DNA of 64,000 nt from contig NC_083225.1 in assembly GCF_032191835.1 (NCBI RefSeq), forward strand, positions 164,362,001 through 164,426,000. The letters are read 5' to 3'. Below, in pieces: positions 1 through 13,319 of this stretch; positions within the stretch are counted from its first letter, which is position 1, and every line of letters begins with the position of its first letter. This stretch comes from Heteronotia binoei. Lineage: Eukaryota. The translations under genes were made by a program, and so were the position numbers. Below the pieces are notes generated by a model that was given only the letters and a program-made list of their open reading frames with translations, was not told where the DNA came from and made no database searches.

Positions 1-1550
1 CTCTTATGAACTCCCAAACATGAGATTAAAGGTTTTTTTTAGCTTGTTGAATCTGCTGTTGGATATACGTAATCCTGCTGTGCTAAATAAAAATAGTCCA
101 AGCCCATGACAGTGGCAGTAACTGAAATCTTTTTTTTAACTCTACTTTGTCCACTTGGTTGTTGTTTTTGGAAAACTCTTATCCAGTAATCTGTTCTATA
201 GTCTGGCATGACCCAGAGAGCCAGAACAAAAGTTCATCAGCACCAAGACTAGTAAATCACACAGTAAAGAGCTTTAACTTTAATAGCTGGTGAACAGGTC
301 TCCACAGAGTCACTCACTAGGAAAAGTGCCCAGCTGTGCACAGATCTCCTTTCTCAAAAATTTCACAGAGGATGCAGAAGAGAGGGTGGTTCTCTCATGT
401 CATGCTAAACTGTAGAACACCAGAAGTGCTTCTGTCCAAAACTCAGCACAATAATAAAAGACCATCTTCCAAGTCTCCTGACATGTTCAAGGGAAGGGAA
501 GAGTTGAAGGCAGCCACAGATATCATCTGGTTACTGAGTCCTGCAAGTCAGTTAAAGCCACATGATACAACAAAAGAACACACTTTCATTTTTGATCTGA
601 AATATGGTAATAGATTTGATGATGGACATGAAATAAACTCTCTTTCCACCCACCCAACATTCCAACACTTGTGGCAACCTGCGGTACCCAGAAGAATAGT
701 CACATGGTCTTAAAGGGATTTGCTTCTTTTGCAAACAACACTAGCTGCATAATAATTTTATTTATTTGCTTATTGTGTTTATATCTCACCCTTCTATACA
801 AGTACTCCAGGAGGTATGTGATAGTTCCTATACAAAATCTCTGCCGATGGTCGGGATTTCTGTTAGGATAGCAGAATTTTTTTTTCCTCTCCCCTCCTCC
901 CCATACTGCAGTCCCAAAATACCCTCCAGTGTTGCTCTTGGGAGTCTGAGGATCCCCTCAGGAACACTGGGAGGGAGTTGAAAGTCTACCATGGGAGGAG
1001 TAGTTTTCTCTGGATCCAGCCCAGTATTTAAAATAATAAGTCTAGAAAAATATAAATATAATAGCCTAAATTTACATTCTAAAGCCTCAGCTACTCAAAG
1101 AAAGCTGTGTTCTGTTTTATGCCAGTTTTAGTTCAGTTTTACATTTGACCAACAACACTTTCTTACCCACTAGATAATCTCTGCCACAGACCACGCTTCC
1201 TCTTGCACTAGCATTTCTGTTTGCGCAAGATCAGTAGTTTTCAGAAAGCCATTGTACAAATAGAAATGCTAGCACAACAGGGAGAGGCTATCTAGAATGC
1301 ACAGAACTTCTTCATAGGATCCAAGCTCTGAATTTTTGCAAACATTATGTTGTTACAGGACTGGCAATACAAATCCTGTGCAGATCTGATTTGAATGGAT
1401 TTAGAAGGGTGTAACAGCATAGGATTACGCTATAAAATACCTGCTATGTTGTGAGTTCTTAATCATAGCCTGCAGTGATTTTGTCCTGGTCCTCTTATCT
1501 CATGGTGTTTGGTGTTAGACTCTACTTGCAGATGGTGGTTTTCCTACCCA

Positions 1551-1858
1551 AGAACATAAGAGAAGCCCAGTTGGATCAAGCCAATGGCCCATCCAGTCCA
1601 ACACTGTCAAAGGGTGGCAAAAAAATTAGGTGCCATCAGGAGGTCCGCCAGTGGGACCAGAACGCTAGAAGCCCTCCCACTGTTGCTCCCCCCCAAATAC
1701 AGAGCATCACTTGTCGCAGACAGAGAGCTCCATCTATACCTTGTGGCTAATAGCCACTGATGGACCTCTGCTCTACAGGTTTATCCAGTCCCCTCTTGAA
1801 GCAATCTATGTGTGTAGCTGCCACCACCTGTGGCAGTGAATTCCATGCATTAATCACT
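1551..1858 (-). mobile_element. CR1 LINE 3' fragment
   Basis: aagaacataagagaagcc...gaattccatgcattaatcac; same family as the RT-bearing copy at 22503. Confidence 0.75.
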
Positions 1859-2368
1859 GCCCTGTACTCTGTGAGGGTCAGGAAGAGGTGAACTCCAGCA
1901 GGAAAAGGCAATTAGCAAAAAAAAAGCCCCCTCCCAGTAAGAGCAGGGTTCTCTTACACTTGAAACCGGCTAAGATCCTAGCTGTTGAATTGCATTTCAG
2001 AATGTTTTCCCTTCTGCAAGGACAAATGAGACATTTGTCATAATTCACTTATGTATTGAACTGAGCATAGGGCCTTTTTCAGGAACACAGGTGATGGTTG
2101 GTACATTAACCTTTGTATTCCAGCGCAGATAAACCACACACTCTGCTTCACACTTGCTGTTTGCTTTTACTGAGCCGCACACATCCTGTGCAACAAATAA
2201 TTTATCATTGGCTTAAAATCTGGCACACAGCAAAAGACAATTGTTTAACTTGGGAAAGCGGTTGAAGAAAAGATACGGAAGCACTTGTCATGCAAACTAA
2301 ATTTAGCCACAGAGAAAAAAAGGCAGATTACGGTTAAGATTTTTTTTTTAATTTGAAGGTTAAAATAC

Positions 2369-2514
2369 ATTGAGGTCTTGTCCTCCTTCACAAATGATAT
2401 TAAAACCAGAGAAAATGGCTTGTGCAAGGACTCAAAGTGAATTGAGGTCTTGTTCTCCTTCACAAATTATATTAAAACTGGAGAAAATGGCTTGTGCAAG
2501 GACTCAAAGTGAAT
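2369..2514. repeat. 72-bp tandem duplication
   Basis: attgaggtcttg...ggactcaaagtga repeated at 2369 and 2441 with 4 mismatches. Confidence 0.9.
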
Positions 2515-3023
2515 GAGAGTCATCCCCAGTTTGAATCTGTTGATCACAATACTGGTTATTTTGTGTGTTCATTTTAAAGTGCTGTTTTCCTCTTGTAAAT
2601 GCAGTCAATGGAGGCTGCTTTTTCAAGGAGGAGATGAGCTCTTCAACCCCTTCCTTTCCTTCCATTTTCTTGATGGAGGAAAATTATTGCTCAAGTTATT
2701 TGTGCCCTTGGTGCCGGGGGTGGGGACAAACATCCCAAGTTTTCCTCTAGTGGGGAAAAGGCAACATGGGGATGGGTTTTTTCTCAGTAACAAAGAAAAG
2801 GTTCTCCCCACACTGTTCTCTTTCACAAAGGTTCTCCATTTTTATATCCTTCTATAAGCTAGACCAGTGCATGCTAGCTTCTATTGTGATACTCTTTGAC
2901 TGTTTCTGCATGTGTCACCTCAGTTTCCTTACTACATTTTCATTGTTGTTCACGTTTTATAAATGTTCATTTTGCTAAACACTGCAGGTGTATTTACTGT
3001 GGTTTTCTGTTTTTCCCCCCTAG

Positions 3024-3050
3024 TTACAATTACCTCTACTGGAGAAAAAG
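3024..3050 (+). CDS. ZDHHC20: ZDHHC20 coding exon 2 (27-nt microexon, phase 1-1)
   Basis: ttttcccccctag|TTACAATTACCTCTACTGGAGAAAAAG|gtagga encodes xTITSTGEK; joins in frame to the next exon (V-VYLVIFH). Confidence 0.85.
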
Positions 3051-5182
3051 GTAGGAATCTCTCCCTGTATATATAAAATATAGTCTAAAAACTGTATTTG
3101 TTTTTTTTCTACCTGTCTAGGGAGCATACCTGAATCTTAAACTCATGTTGCTAAATTATTTGTACAACATTACGTTCTGGAATTCCATTAAGATAGATTT
3201 TTCAAAATATAACTATGCAAAACTTCCCCCATTCCAACATCTCTTCCTGTGCATATATTTAATTTCCTGCTGATCTCTCCCTTTGCTCCCCCCTGCCTGT
3301 TTTTAAAGATTGCAAAGAGTCATTCCTCATTCTGTCTACCTATTACAATCCTATAAATATTGGAATGTGAGAATTAAGTTGCACAGCTGTGATATATTTT
3401 AAAGGGTGCACTACAGGATCAGTTAAAAGGATCAGTTTAGCTTGCTAGACATGCATTTGAGAAACTGATAAATGAAATATATCCCATGGGAGTTGAATGG
3501 GTATACCTTTGGCCCTTGGTAAGTTGGCAGCGTTTGAGTTTTCATAATTGCTGCTATTATATGTGAGAAATGGGGACATGATCTGTTGGTTTTTCCAGCA
3601 GAGGGTTTCTACTGGAAACTGCCCTCCTTCCCCAATATGTTGTTGCCCTTTTATGAGAAATCAGGGAGAAATGATTCAATTTAGAAAATTGCTACCAGGG
3701 TCCTCATAAGGTGGCTATTGAAATGTACCCATTTTCATTGAAGGTCTGTGACTGATCACTGGTGTGAGTAGCAGAAGTTCTGCCTAATTTGTATGCCTTT
3801 CTCTTTAAAATGTCAGCCTTTCTCTAATTGTTGTTGCATGAGTTCCAGGCTGCTTCAAACACATTTCTCTACATAACTTAATAGGTTGAATCCAGCAATC
3901 CTGTCAGCAGGAGGTGCTGCTGGGTACAGATCTTCCCTCCTCCCCCACCACAGTCCTTTCCAACTTCTGTGAAGGTTTGTTCCTGTTGTAGAGACCTGCA
4001 TGAAGTAATAGCTGTGCACATTGGGAGGCTGCTGTGGAGAGGAGGAAGGGAGTGTAATTGCCTCTTCTGTCAGTGAAGTTGCCTCTTTGGCTGATGGAAA
4101 AGGAGGCAGGAAGCATCCCCCTCCTCACTCCAGTTCACCAGTCCCTATGGATATTACCTCAGGCAGGTCCTGTGACTTCAGGTATAAACTTTCCCAGGGC
4201 CAGAAGCAGGTGCTGAAGTGGAGGAAGAAACTGGGGAAGATCTGTGGTATTTGTGCTGTATCCAGCCTTATACCTGTTCTTTGTGTGTCTAATTTGTTAC
4301 CATTTCCCTAAAAATCCTGGGAACGTCAGTTTAATGAGAATGCTAAGAATGGCCTCACTGACAATGAGAGCCCTAATCCCCCATTCAGATTTACACATTC
4401 TAGGGTAATACATATTGTATACTAACTCTGTGGTGTATATATGGCCCCCAAGTGTTCTAAATACTTCTTCTTTAGTAGTGCCTTTATTATACTAGTTGGG
4501 AACATTGCCAGAGTGTATTTCTTAGTAAGAAGTTGTGCACAGTATACTGTTTTCATCATACCACAGTTCTAATTTTGCCACTTGCAGTTGTTTTCCATCC
4601 TTCAATGTGATTTCTGTTGTTTTGGTCATCTTCATTGTTTTTCTTTTCCTGTTCAGTGCTTTGGTATTGCTAATACCTAGACTGTTTGGTTTCTTCTTCT
4701 TAGTTCCTTTATGTTTCCTTGTCTGCATTTTTGGCATAATGCTTCCCATAGAACAGTCTGCCCCACATCCTGTATATTAAGTCATTTAAAAATCAAGTGA
4801 CAGAGGAGCACAGGATTAGGATTCTGTAAGAGAGGATCTCGTGTTCCCCAATAAGTATATTATACAGGATCCTAGGAGTACAGTTTCAAAATTCCTTTCC
4901 ATGGAAGGAGCGGCTTAAAGCAGGATATTGCTAAAGAAAAGCATATTAACAGTACTACCAAAACAACTGAACATGGGACTCGCATACTTGAAGGACTGTC
5001 TCTTACCCTGTTGGGTCCACATGCCAATAAAGATATGTCCAACAGGCACATGATGACCGCCCTATTACATCTGCCTGTCATTGACTGCAGCCTAAACTTT
5101 CTTGGTCGTAGCACCTACTCTAAGGAACGGGTTTCCACAGGAGATAGATGAGGCAGCCTTTCTACTAGCTTTCTGTCAGGAC

Positions 5183-5374
5183 CAATGTTCCCTCTAAGCT
5201 GCAGTCTTGTGAGCAAAAATTCTACTTCACGAGCTACTGGCATTAAAGTTGTGAGCTACTGTATAAATTAGTGTGTTCTGGGGTCATTCTTCCTGAGCTA
5301 AGACAAAAATGTGTGAGCTGAAGGCTTAAAATCTGTGAGCTAGCTCATGCTAACTCAGTTTAGAGGGAACACTG
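5183..5374. mobile_element. hAT MITE, 192 bp
   Basis: TIRs caatgttccctctaagctg / cagtttagagggaacactg; 8-bp TSD gtcaggac/gtcagaac (7/8). Confidence 0.85.
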
Positions 5375-5865
5375 GTCAGAACTGCAAGTTGTTCTTGATT
5401 TGGTGGATTTTCTGTTTGAGACTGTTTTCAGGGGCCAATGAAGCGTCCTTTATCCTGTTGGACTTTTGTTAACCTGACAGTCTGCTTTTTAACAGGCATT
5501 TTATATGCTGTATTAAATACGATTAATTTTGATTGGATTAAATAGTGGGGCATAGATTTTAAATAAATAAATCTCAGTGCTGGATTCAGAAATTTCAAAT
5601 TGTTGAATTTAGATAATATATAATTGGCTCAACAGCAGTTAATCTCTGATTTTTATTATTGGAGACTTTACTTCTTTCAGACCTTGGCATTAAGAACACA
5701 TGATTGACGATGAACTCTGAATTTAAGTTGAACGCTAAACTCAACTTTGATCACTCCCCCCCCCCCCATTTTTTGAAAAGGGAAATTCTGGGGGTGAGTG
5801 CAGCAAGACACAGCCCTACAAGATTCCCTTTCCTTAAGGGAAATGATCTGGATAATCCCTTTCCT

Positions 5866-6126
5866 GTGGTTGTGTGCGGACTCTTATCTGGGAGAACCGG
5901 GTTTGATTCCCCACTCCTCCACTTGCACCTGCTGGAATGGCCTTGGGTCAGCCATAGCTCTGGCAGAGGTTGTCCTTGAAAGGGCAGCTGCTGTGAGAGC
6001 CCTCTCAGCCCCACCCACCTCACAGGGTGTCTGTTGTGGGGGAGGAAGATAAAGGAGATTGTGAGCTGCTCTGAGACTCTTGAGTGGAGGGCAGAATATA
6101 AATCCAATGTCGTCGTCGTCTTCTTT
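5866..6126 (+). mobile_element. tRNA-headed Squam3/MIR-derived SINE
   Basis: B-box-like gggtttgattcccc, core cacctcacagggtgtctgttgtggg, simple-repeat tail; homologous copies at 11743 and 55572. Confidence 0.8.
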
Positions 6127-8874
6127 GTCTTCCTTCCATTGAGCTCCTCAGCAGGTCTCAGTCACAGGGGAGAGGGGTGCAACCACACCCTAGTCCCTCT
6201 TTCCTGTGGGCTCTCCAGTTGTCTCTGGGCCATGACCATGCTGTTCCTCCCTGCCTGTCACTTTCCCGCCTTTTAAAGTCCCTCCTCCAGGGTGGAGCCT
6301 CCCCAGACTTACCAGTCCTCCCTCCTCGGGGCCAAACTGGTGTAAATGGCACTTCCCTCATTCCCTGGGACATGAATGTCCTGACCCCACCTCCCTCCAC
6401 CACCACCCTCTGATCTCACCGTGTTGGGGCATCCCAGTGTTTCCCACTGCTCTGGCAGGGTCTCCCTTCGTCAGTCCTGCCTGTGGTAAAAGCATGGAAG
6501 GGGAAGCCGCCCCCCTCCCCCGAAAGAAATTTCTTATAAATTAGCATTTGTAGTTTTGTCACTGGATGATCCAGTGTGCACAAGTAGCTTCTAGAGCAGA
6601 TGGAGTTCCTGCAGTGCTTCTATAAGCTTAATAGTATATCTTCTTAAACATTCTTCCTTTTCAGCTTGGAAAAGTAGGACAACAGTTTCTTTTTCATATG
6701 AGAAGGCAACAGAAAAAAAAACATTAAACATTAATGTAAGAAAAAGCGCCTCTTGACAGCACGCAATCATTTCTCTTCTCCCTCCACTTCACTTCAGTTG
6801 GTAATTATCTCTTAAGATTTGATGTGCATTTCTGACAGCTCTTGAATCTTGAGAGAATAACAATCCCATTTCATTAGCTTCTTAATTAGCTTAAATCACA
6901 TACACGTGTCTTCAGAAAACCAGGTTGAACTAGACTAATGGAGGAACAGCAAGACAGCTAACTGAGACCAAAAACAAGTAAATTAGGTTGCAAATTAGGT
7001 TGCGTAGGGAGCTCTTCACCAAGGCACACTGCCTAAGGCATGACCAATCAATCCACTACACTGATGCAAGTCTCCCAGGCCTGCACAAGCTTTTTGACCT
7101 GAGATCTCTGCACAACAGTGCTTTAGTCACTTAAGCTGTCCTGTTCTAAGTAGGAATGATTATGGCTGTTGCAACTGGCCACAACAGTAGCAGAACCTCT
7201 GAAGCATGGGGGTTCCAGATTTTCTAGATGTCAGCCACCTAGGATGCTCCAGAAATGTGTTTGTTGGGTGTGTGTGTTTCATCAGTGCAGGGGCAAACCA
7301 TGCTCTTAGCTTCTATGGAATTTAGCCCCTTTTACATTGATGTGTATTTGCTAGGAAGAAAAATGCATAACGATGATGGCTTAACAATGCAATCCTAAAC
7401 AGAATTACACCTTCCAAACCCATTGATTTTGCTGTTTAGGATTGCTTCATTCCTTTGTTTAGGGTTGCAGTTTAAAAGGCATCGGTGCAATCTTCATCTA
7501 ATTATGGCTTGATAGTGCCAGTTTTAATAATAATTTAAAGGCTAATTAATAAACCAGATGCACAATAATGTTACTGTATTCTGCTTAGCACAGGTGTTTA
7601 AATATAAATTGTTGTTGCTGCATTCAAATGGAGAATGTCTTCAAGTTGGTGGAAGTCTGTGGCCTTTTCCTTTGTTATTAAATATATCCATGCCTTTTAT
7701 GATTATTATTTGGGAACACATGACTTCTTCATACAGATAGTCCCTATCTGCTGAAGTTATTTTCTTAAACATAATTTAGCTATGGCTATTAATCAGAGAT
7801 CATCTATAAGCATGTTCCTTAACATAAACTATGCAAACAGAGTAGATTCCACGTCTCAGCATTACTGTGCCATTTATACCACAACCCATTTCATTGTTTA
7901 TTGAATGTGCCATCTTGTTGATTGTATTGACTCTGTGTAATCCACCTTGGGTCCCAGTGAGAAAGGTGGACTATAATTAGCTTACATACGAAAATAAATT
8001 AATACTATAGAACCCATTTCTCCTTTTGCCAAATATAATTAGCAAAGTAGGTTGCTTCCATCAGCAAGCAACAACTTCATGCCTGAGAAATAGTTTTTAT
8101 GGAGGAGTTATTTTAACTTGGAAACCTCCTGGTCATCTCTTCTGCAATCATTAGACACTAGTTTCTCCCTTGGGCACACTGTCTTTTCAGTGTAGTATGG
8201 CCCTCTCTTGTTTAGCTGGTGCAGATATACCGAGGATCCGTGTGCAGTGAGTCTCATCCCTTTTCTAAATTCATAGTAAGGTTATGAAAGTGCCTGTTAG
8301 CATGTGCTTTCCTTCTCTGCTGGCAGTAAACAGAAGCCTTTCATATCTGTAAGAGATGAAATACCTGAAATGGTAGCAATATTTGTCTCTTTGAATGGAA
8401 GCCTGGGAGACAAATTGACACTCCGTCTGGCTCATGCTTCCCTTTTTTTTAATCTTTTCATATAGACAGTAATGCAAACAGATTGAAGAGAGATCTCAAA
8501 GGAAAACATGTGACAAAAAAGGTGGGAACGTGCAAGAAAACAGAAGGAAGTGGGCATATTAGGTTTGAAGCAGATCACAAATGCAACTGTGCAGTCTTCA
8601 GCAATCACAAAGGGACCATAAAGGAAGGGGAGAACAGGCTTAGCAGATCACTAAGAACTGCAGTTGTAGCAGAAAAGATTGAACTGGAGTGTCATAAACA
8701 GTGTCCATATGAAAGAGCTATTAGTTTAGGCATATTTGTGGATGCTGTAAAATGTGTTAAAGATATTAGAACCTTTAACAACAGGATGGGTTGATTTTTA
8801 AATACTCCAGCTTTCCCATTTGCATGCACGCTAGGTTTTCCTTTTAAAAAGTGAATAGTAATGTTGATTTTTAG

Positions 8875-9161
8875 AAAGCCCCATGGTAAAGTTGCAATAC
8901 TGCAGTCCTAAGCTTCTCGCAACCTGAGTTTGATCCCGGCGGAAGTTGAGTTCAGGTAGCTGGCTTGAGGTTGTCTCAGCCTTCCATCCTTCCGAAGTCA
9001 GTAAAATGTGTACTCAGCTTGCTGGAAGGAAAGTGTAGATGACTGGGGAAGGCAATGGCGAACCACCCCATAAAAAAGTCTGCTGTGAAAATGTTGTGAA
9101 AGCAATGTCACCCCAGAGTTGGAAATGACTGGTGCTTGCACAGGGGACTACCTTTACCTTT
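8875..9161 (+). mobile_element. Sauria-type SINE
   Basis: tRNA-like head (gagtttgatcc), Bov-B-like tail ending acctttaccttt. Confidence 0.85.
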
Positions 9162-9207
9162 AATGTTGATTTGCTGCTGAACAAAGCCATTATACCATAC
9201 AGAAACG

Positions 9208-10972
9208 TCATAGAATCAGAGCTGGAAAGACCTCCAGGGTCATCTAGTCCAACCCCCTGCACAATGCAGGAACTTTACAAATACCTTTGCCCAACTCATA
9301 CATCCCCAGTGATCCTTGCTCCATGCCCAGAAGATGGCAAAAACCTCCAGAAAACCTTGCCAAACTGGGCTGGAGAAAAATTGCTGACCAACCCCAAAGT
9401 GTCAATCAGTATTTCCCTGGGCGTGTAAGAAAAGGCCATGAGAACTAAGCACTGATGCAACCTTTCCCACCCTCCCTCTCATGATCTGCCTAACTCACAG
9501 CATCAGCATTGCTGTCAGATGGCCATCTAGCCTCTGTTTAAAAACCTCCCAGGAAGGAGAGCCCACCACCTCCTGAGGAAGCCTGTTCCACTGAGGAACC
9601 GCTCTAACTGTCAGGAAGTTCTTCCTAATGTATAGCTGGAAACTCTTTTGATTTCAACCCGTTGGTTCTAGTCTGCCCTTCTGGAGCAACAGAAAACAAT
9701 TCTGCATCATCCTTTATATGACTGCCCTTCAAGTACTTGAAGATGGTGATCATATTACCTCTCATTCGTCTTCTTTCCAGACTAAACATACTGAGCTGCT
9801 TCAACCTTTCCTCATAGGACTTGGTCTCCAGACCCTTCATGATATTCCTTGCCCTCCTCTCAACATGTTCCAGTTTGTCTATAACCTTCCTAAATTGTGG
9901 TGACCACAACTGAACACAATACTCCAAGTGATGTCTAACCAGAGCAGAGTAAAGCAATTCCATTACTTCACATGAGCTGGACACTATACTTATGTTGTTA
10001 CAGCCCAAAATTGAATTTGCCTTTTTAGCCACCACATCGCATTGCTGACTCATGTTCAGCATATGATCCAATAAGACCCCCTAGATCAGGAGTGTCAAAC
10101 ATGTGGCCCCAAGGGCCATATCAGGCCCCCGGAAGGTTCCTATCAGATCCCCAATCAACTAACTGTTATCTGCTTCCTTCTCCCTCTCTCTTGCTCCCTT
10201 CTGCATAACAGCTTGCTTTGCCAGGCTTGCACAGGAGCTACAGAGCAAAGCCTCTATTTTCTCCATTGGCTGAGGCTCCTCCCTTGGGGGGGAGGAATAG
10301 CTTGTTTTGCCAGGCTCTCTCAATCACACAGCAGAGCTACTGAGCCAAGCTGCTCTTCCTTCTGTTAGCTGAGGCTCCTTCCCCTCCTGGTGCCCTGGAG
10401 AAGGAGGGAAAGAACCAGAGCTTCCTTTGCCCAGTTACCTGGATCACTTAGGAGAGATACAGTGAAAGCACCTTTAAGACTAACAAGTGCTAATCATGCT
10501 TTAAGTTTTTTTAAAAAAATCTTGTGTTTGTCTGTGTCCTTTGTAAAGTTTATATCTCTGCTACATAATCTTAAATAGGAACACACATGGCTCGGCCCAT
10601 CAAGGTCTCATTTATGTCAGATCTGGCCCTCATAACAAATGAGTTTGACACCCTTGCCCTAGATCCTTTTCACATGTACTATTGCCAAGACAAGTCTCCC
10701 CCATCCTATAATTATGCATTTGATTTTTCCTACCTAAATGCAGAACTGTTAAAATCCTTGTTAAAATTCATTTTATTTGTCTTAGCCCAGTTTTCCAGCC
10801 TCTCAAGATCCTGTAGCCTGTTTCTGTCTTCTCCCAATTTAGTATCATCTGCAAATTTAATAAGCATTCCCTCTATTCCTTCATCCAAATCATTTATAAA
10901 GATGTTGAACAAAACAGATCCCAGGACAGATCCTCGAGGAACTCCACTTGTCACTCCCTTCCAAGAGGATGA
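9208..10972 (-). mobile_element. CR1 LINE 3' portion (RT and C-terminus), interrupted by a MITE
   Basis: Minus ORFs 10730-10954 (GVPRGSVLG...KFADDTKL) and 9625-10071 (LVRHHLEYCVQLW...LERRRMRG); tail tagaatc. Confidence 0.92.
10087..10656. mobile_element. hAT-Charlie-type MITE nested in CR1
   Basis: TIRs caggagtgtcaaac / gtttgacacccttg; perfect 8-bp TSD ccctagat (10079-10086, 10657-10664); uninterrupted target seen in the CR1 copy near 37021-37035. Confidence 0.9.
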
Positions 10973-11742
10973 AAGTGTGTGTGTAAATTTTTACCGGGGT
11001 TAGAAAATGTTACACAGTACAATTTCATATTAAATCCTGATAAAACAAGCCAAATCAGATCACACTCTGTTTTTAGCATCAGATAATGCTCCAGTTCCAA
11101 CTTTCCTGGAAAACTCACATCACTGCTTATGCCTGATATCAAGCTGCATTATGGTAGAAGTTATCTACCTACCTATCCACACACACATACCACAGATAAA
11201 CAATATTTTATTTCAAAATATAACCTCTGTACATGTGAACCAAACAACCTAAATTTTATGAAAGCAAGGATTAGTAGCTGTGCAGAGAAAAGCCCCTCCC
11301 TCATGGGATAGAACATACATTAGGCTGATATTCATTACTTGAGAAATGAGCAAATTACAAAGCACAGGGGGCATGTATTAAGTATATCTGATCATCTAGG
11401 TGGGCTCAGTGGATTATTCTGATGCAAAAAAGAATAGTAATTATTGGAGCCAAAACTGGGTCCCAGTAGTTATGATGTCATATCAGTTCCCTATACCCTT
11501 TAACAAGCCCTTTTCATTTATTGTTTACATAAGAGAGTATACCTTAACTCAGTGGCCCAATTCAGCTATCCTACCAAACCATAGCATTTATTGACTAATG
11601 GAGCTCAGACCTAGTGTGAGATTCCAAACAGTTTGGCCTCTTTGAGTTTTAGAGGTTCTTCACTACCTTCTGCATTCTGCCTGCTCAGTGTTCCCTTCTC
11701 AAGGTGCAGTCACTTCTGAAGGCAGAATATTGGGTTGGACTC

Positions 11743-12018
11743 AGCCAGTTTGGTGTAGCGGCTAAGTACGCGGACTCTTACCTGGGAGAACCAGGTTTGA
11801 TTCCCCACTCCTTCACTTGCAGCTGCTGGAATGGCCTTGGGTCAGTCATTGAAAGGGCAGCTGCTATAAGAGCTCTCTCAGCCTCATCTACCTCACAGGG
11901 CGTCTGTTGGGGGGGGGGCAAGGGGGAAGGTAAAGGAGATTGTGACCACTCTGAGACTCTGAGATTCAGAGTATAGTATAGGGCGGGATATAAATCCAAT
12001 TTCTTATTGTCATCTTCT
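11743..12018 (+). mobile_element. Squam3-type SINE, full length
   Basis: agccagtttggtgtagcgg head; homologous to the 5866 and 55572 copies. Confidence 0.8.
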
Positions 12019-12402
12019 AAATTGGCAGTTTCTGTTGATTCCCCTCTTCCTGCCTCAGACTCTGGCCATGCAATTCCTCGAGGGAGGGGCATGTCTCCCC
12101 AAAACAGAGTTTTGTGGAGATCAGTGGGCTGTGGTGGGAAGTAGGAAAGTTCAAGTGTGCTGTTGGAAAATGCAGTCTGGATCCATTAACCAATAACCCC
12201 ATAGTTTGTTAATTCAGACATCATGCCGTACTACAGCTAGCAGAAACCAGCATTTGCAAACCTACTTAAAATAATGACTCATTGTCCTGTTAAGTCAGCT
12301 ACCTACAAACCATGATGTGTCAATTTGTAAACCTCATCACGCTGTCATTAATTGTAACAGTTGGCTTGGTGTGATGTCTGAATGAAGCCAGTGTGTTTGA
12401 TA

Positions 12403-12596
12403 TAGGTTGCCAATTCTGGGTTGGAAATTTTCTAGGAATTTGGGGCAGAGTTTAGGAAGAGAGGTCTGCAGGGGTATGATGCCATAGAGTCCACCCTCAG
12501 AAGCTGGCAGCATTTCCTCCAGGAGAATTGATCTCTGTAGTCTAGCGATCACTTTGTGAAAGAACTCCAGGCCCCATCTGGAAACCAGCAACCCTA
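12403..12596. mobile_element. hAT MITE (TAGGGTTGCCA class)
   Basis: taggttgcca ... cagcaacccta; perfect 8-bp TSD gtttgata (12395-12402, 12597-12604). Confidence 0.85.
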
Positions 12597-12958
12597 GTTT
12601 GATACTGTATCATGGGTTCATTCATAAGTGATTATAAGTATAGGTTTTGCTTGGATTAAGTTTTGATGGAATTTAGAGTGTTTTTAAATAATCTGCTTAT
12701 GCCTGATTTTTTTTTTAAAACTGACTTCAAATGTAAATAATATTTTTAATCTGCCTTTCCTAAAACCCTTCCAGTTCTGATTACCTAGCCCTTCAGAAGT
12801 AGCCATAGTAGCATAATTGTGGTAATCGAGTTCATTGATACATTAAAGCACACTTAGTTGTGTTTTGCATCCTAAACCATTGCATTTTTGGTTTATCGTT
12901 TTTGCTCTTTTTTAGCTGTACTCACTGAAACCTTATTTGTATTTTATTTTTATTGCAG

Positions 12959-13053
12959 TTGTCTACCTTGTGATTTTTCATCTGTCGTTTGTCATGTTTG
13001 TGTGGTCCTATTGGAAGACAATTTTTACATCTCCCGCCTCCCCTTCCAATGAG
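12959..13053 (+). CDS. ZDHHC20: ZDHHC20 exon 3 (95 nt, TM2)
   Basis: ttttattgcag|...|gtaaat; VYLVIFHLSFVMFVWSYWKTIFTSPASPSNE. Confidence 0.95.
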
Positions 13054-13319
13054 GTAAATGTCAGCACTGGCAAAATTACACCACTTTTGCTATTGAACCA
13101 CTTTTGCTACTGATGCTTGCTTTAAAAGTACAATATCACTTATTTTGTTCCCCTTCCGTAATTAATATACAGTTTGTGTTGAGTTATCAGATTATTTTCT
13201 ATAGCTACCACATTATTTTCGCTTACTATGATTTCATTAATTTGAATGTAAATTGTTCAGATAGTCCATAAGAGAAGCCATGTTGGATCAGGCCAATGGC
13301 CCATCCAGTCCAACACTCT

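Noticed and set aside
11743-11820. tRNA genes at SINE heads
   Set aside because: A and B boxes are present but there is no complete cloverleaf, and each continues into a SINE body.
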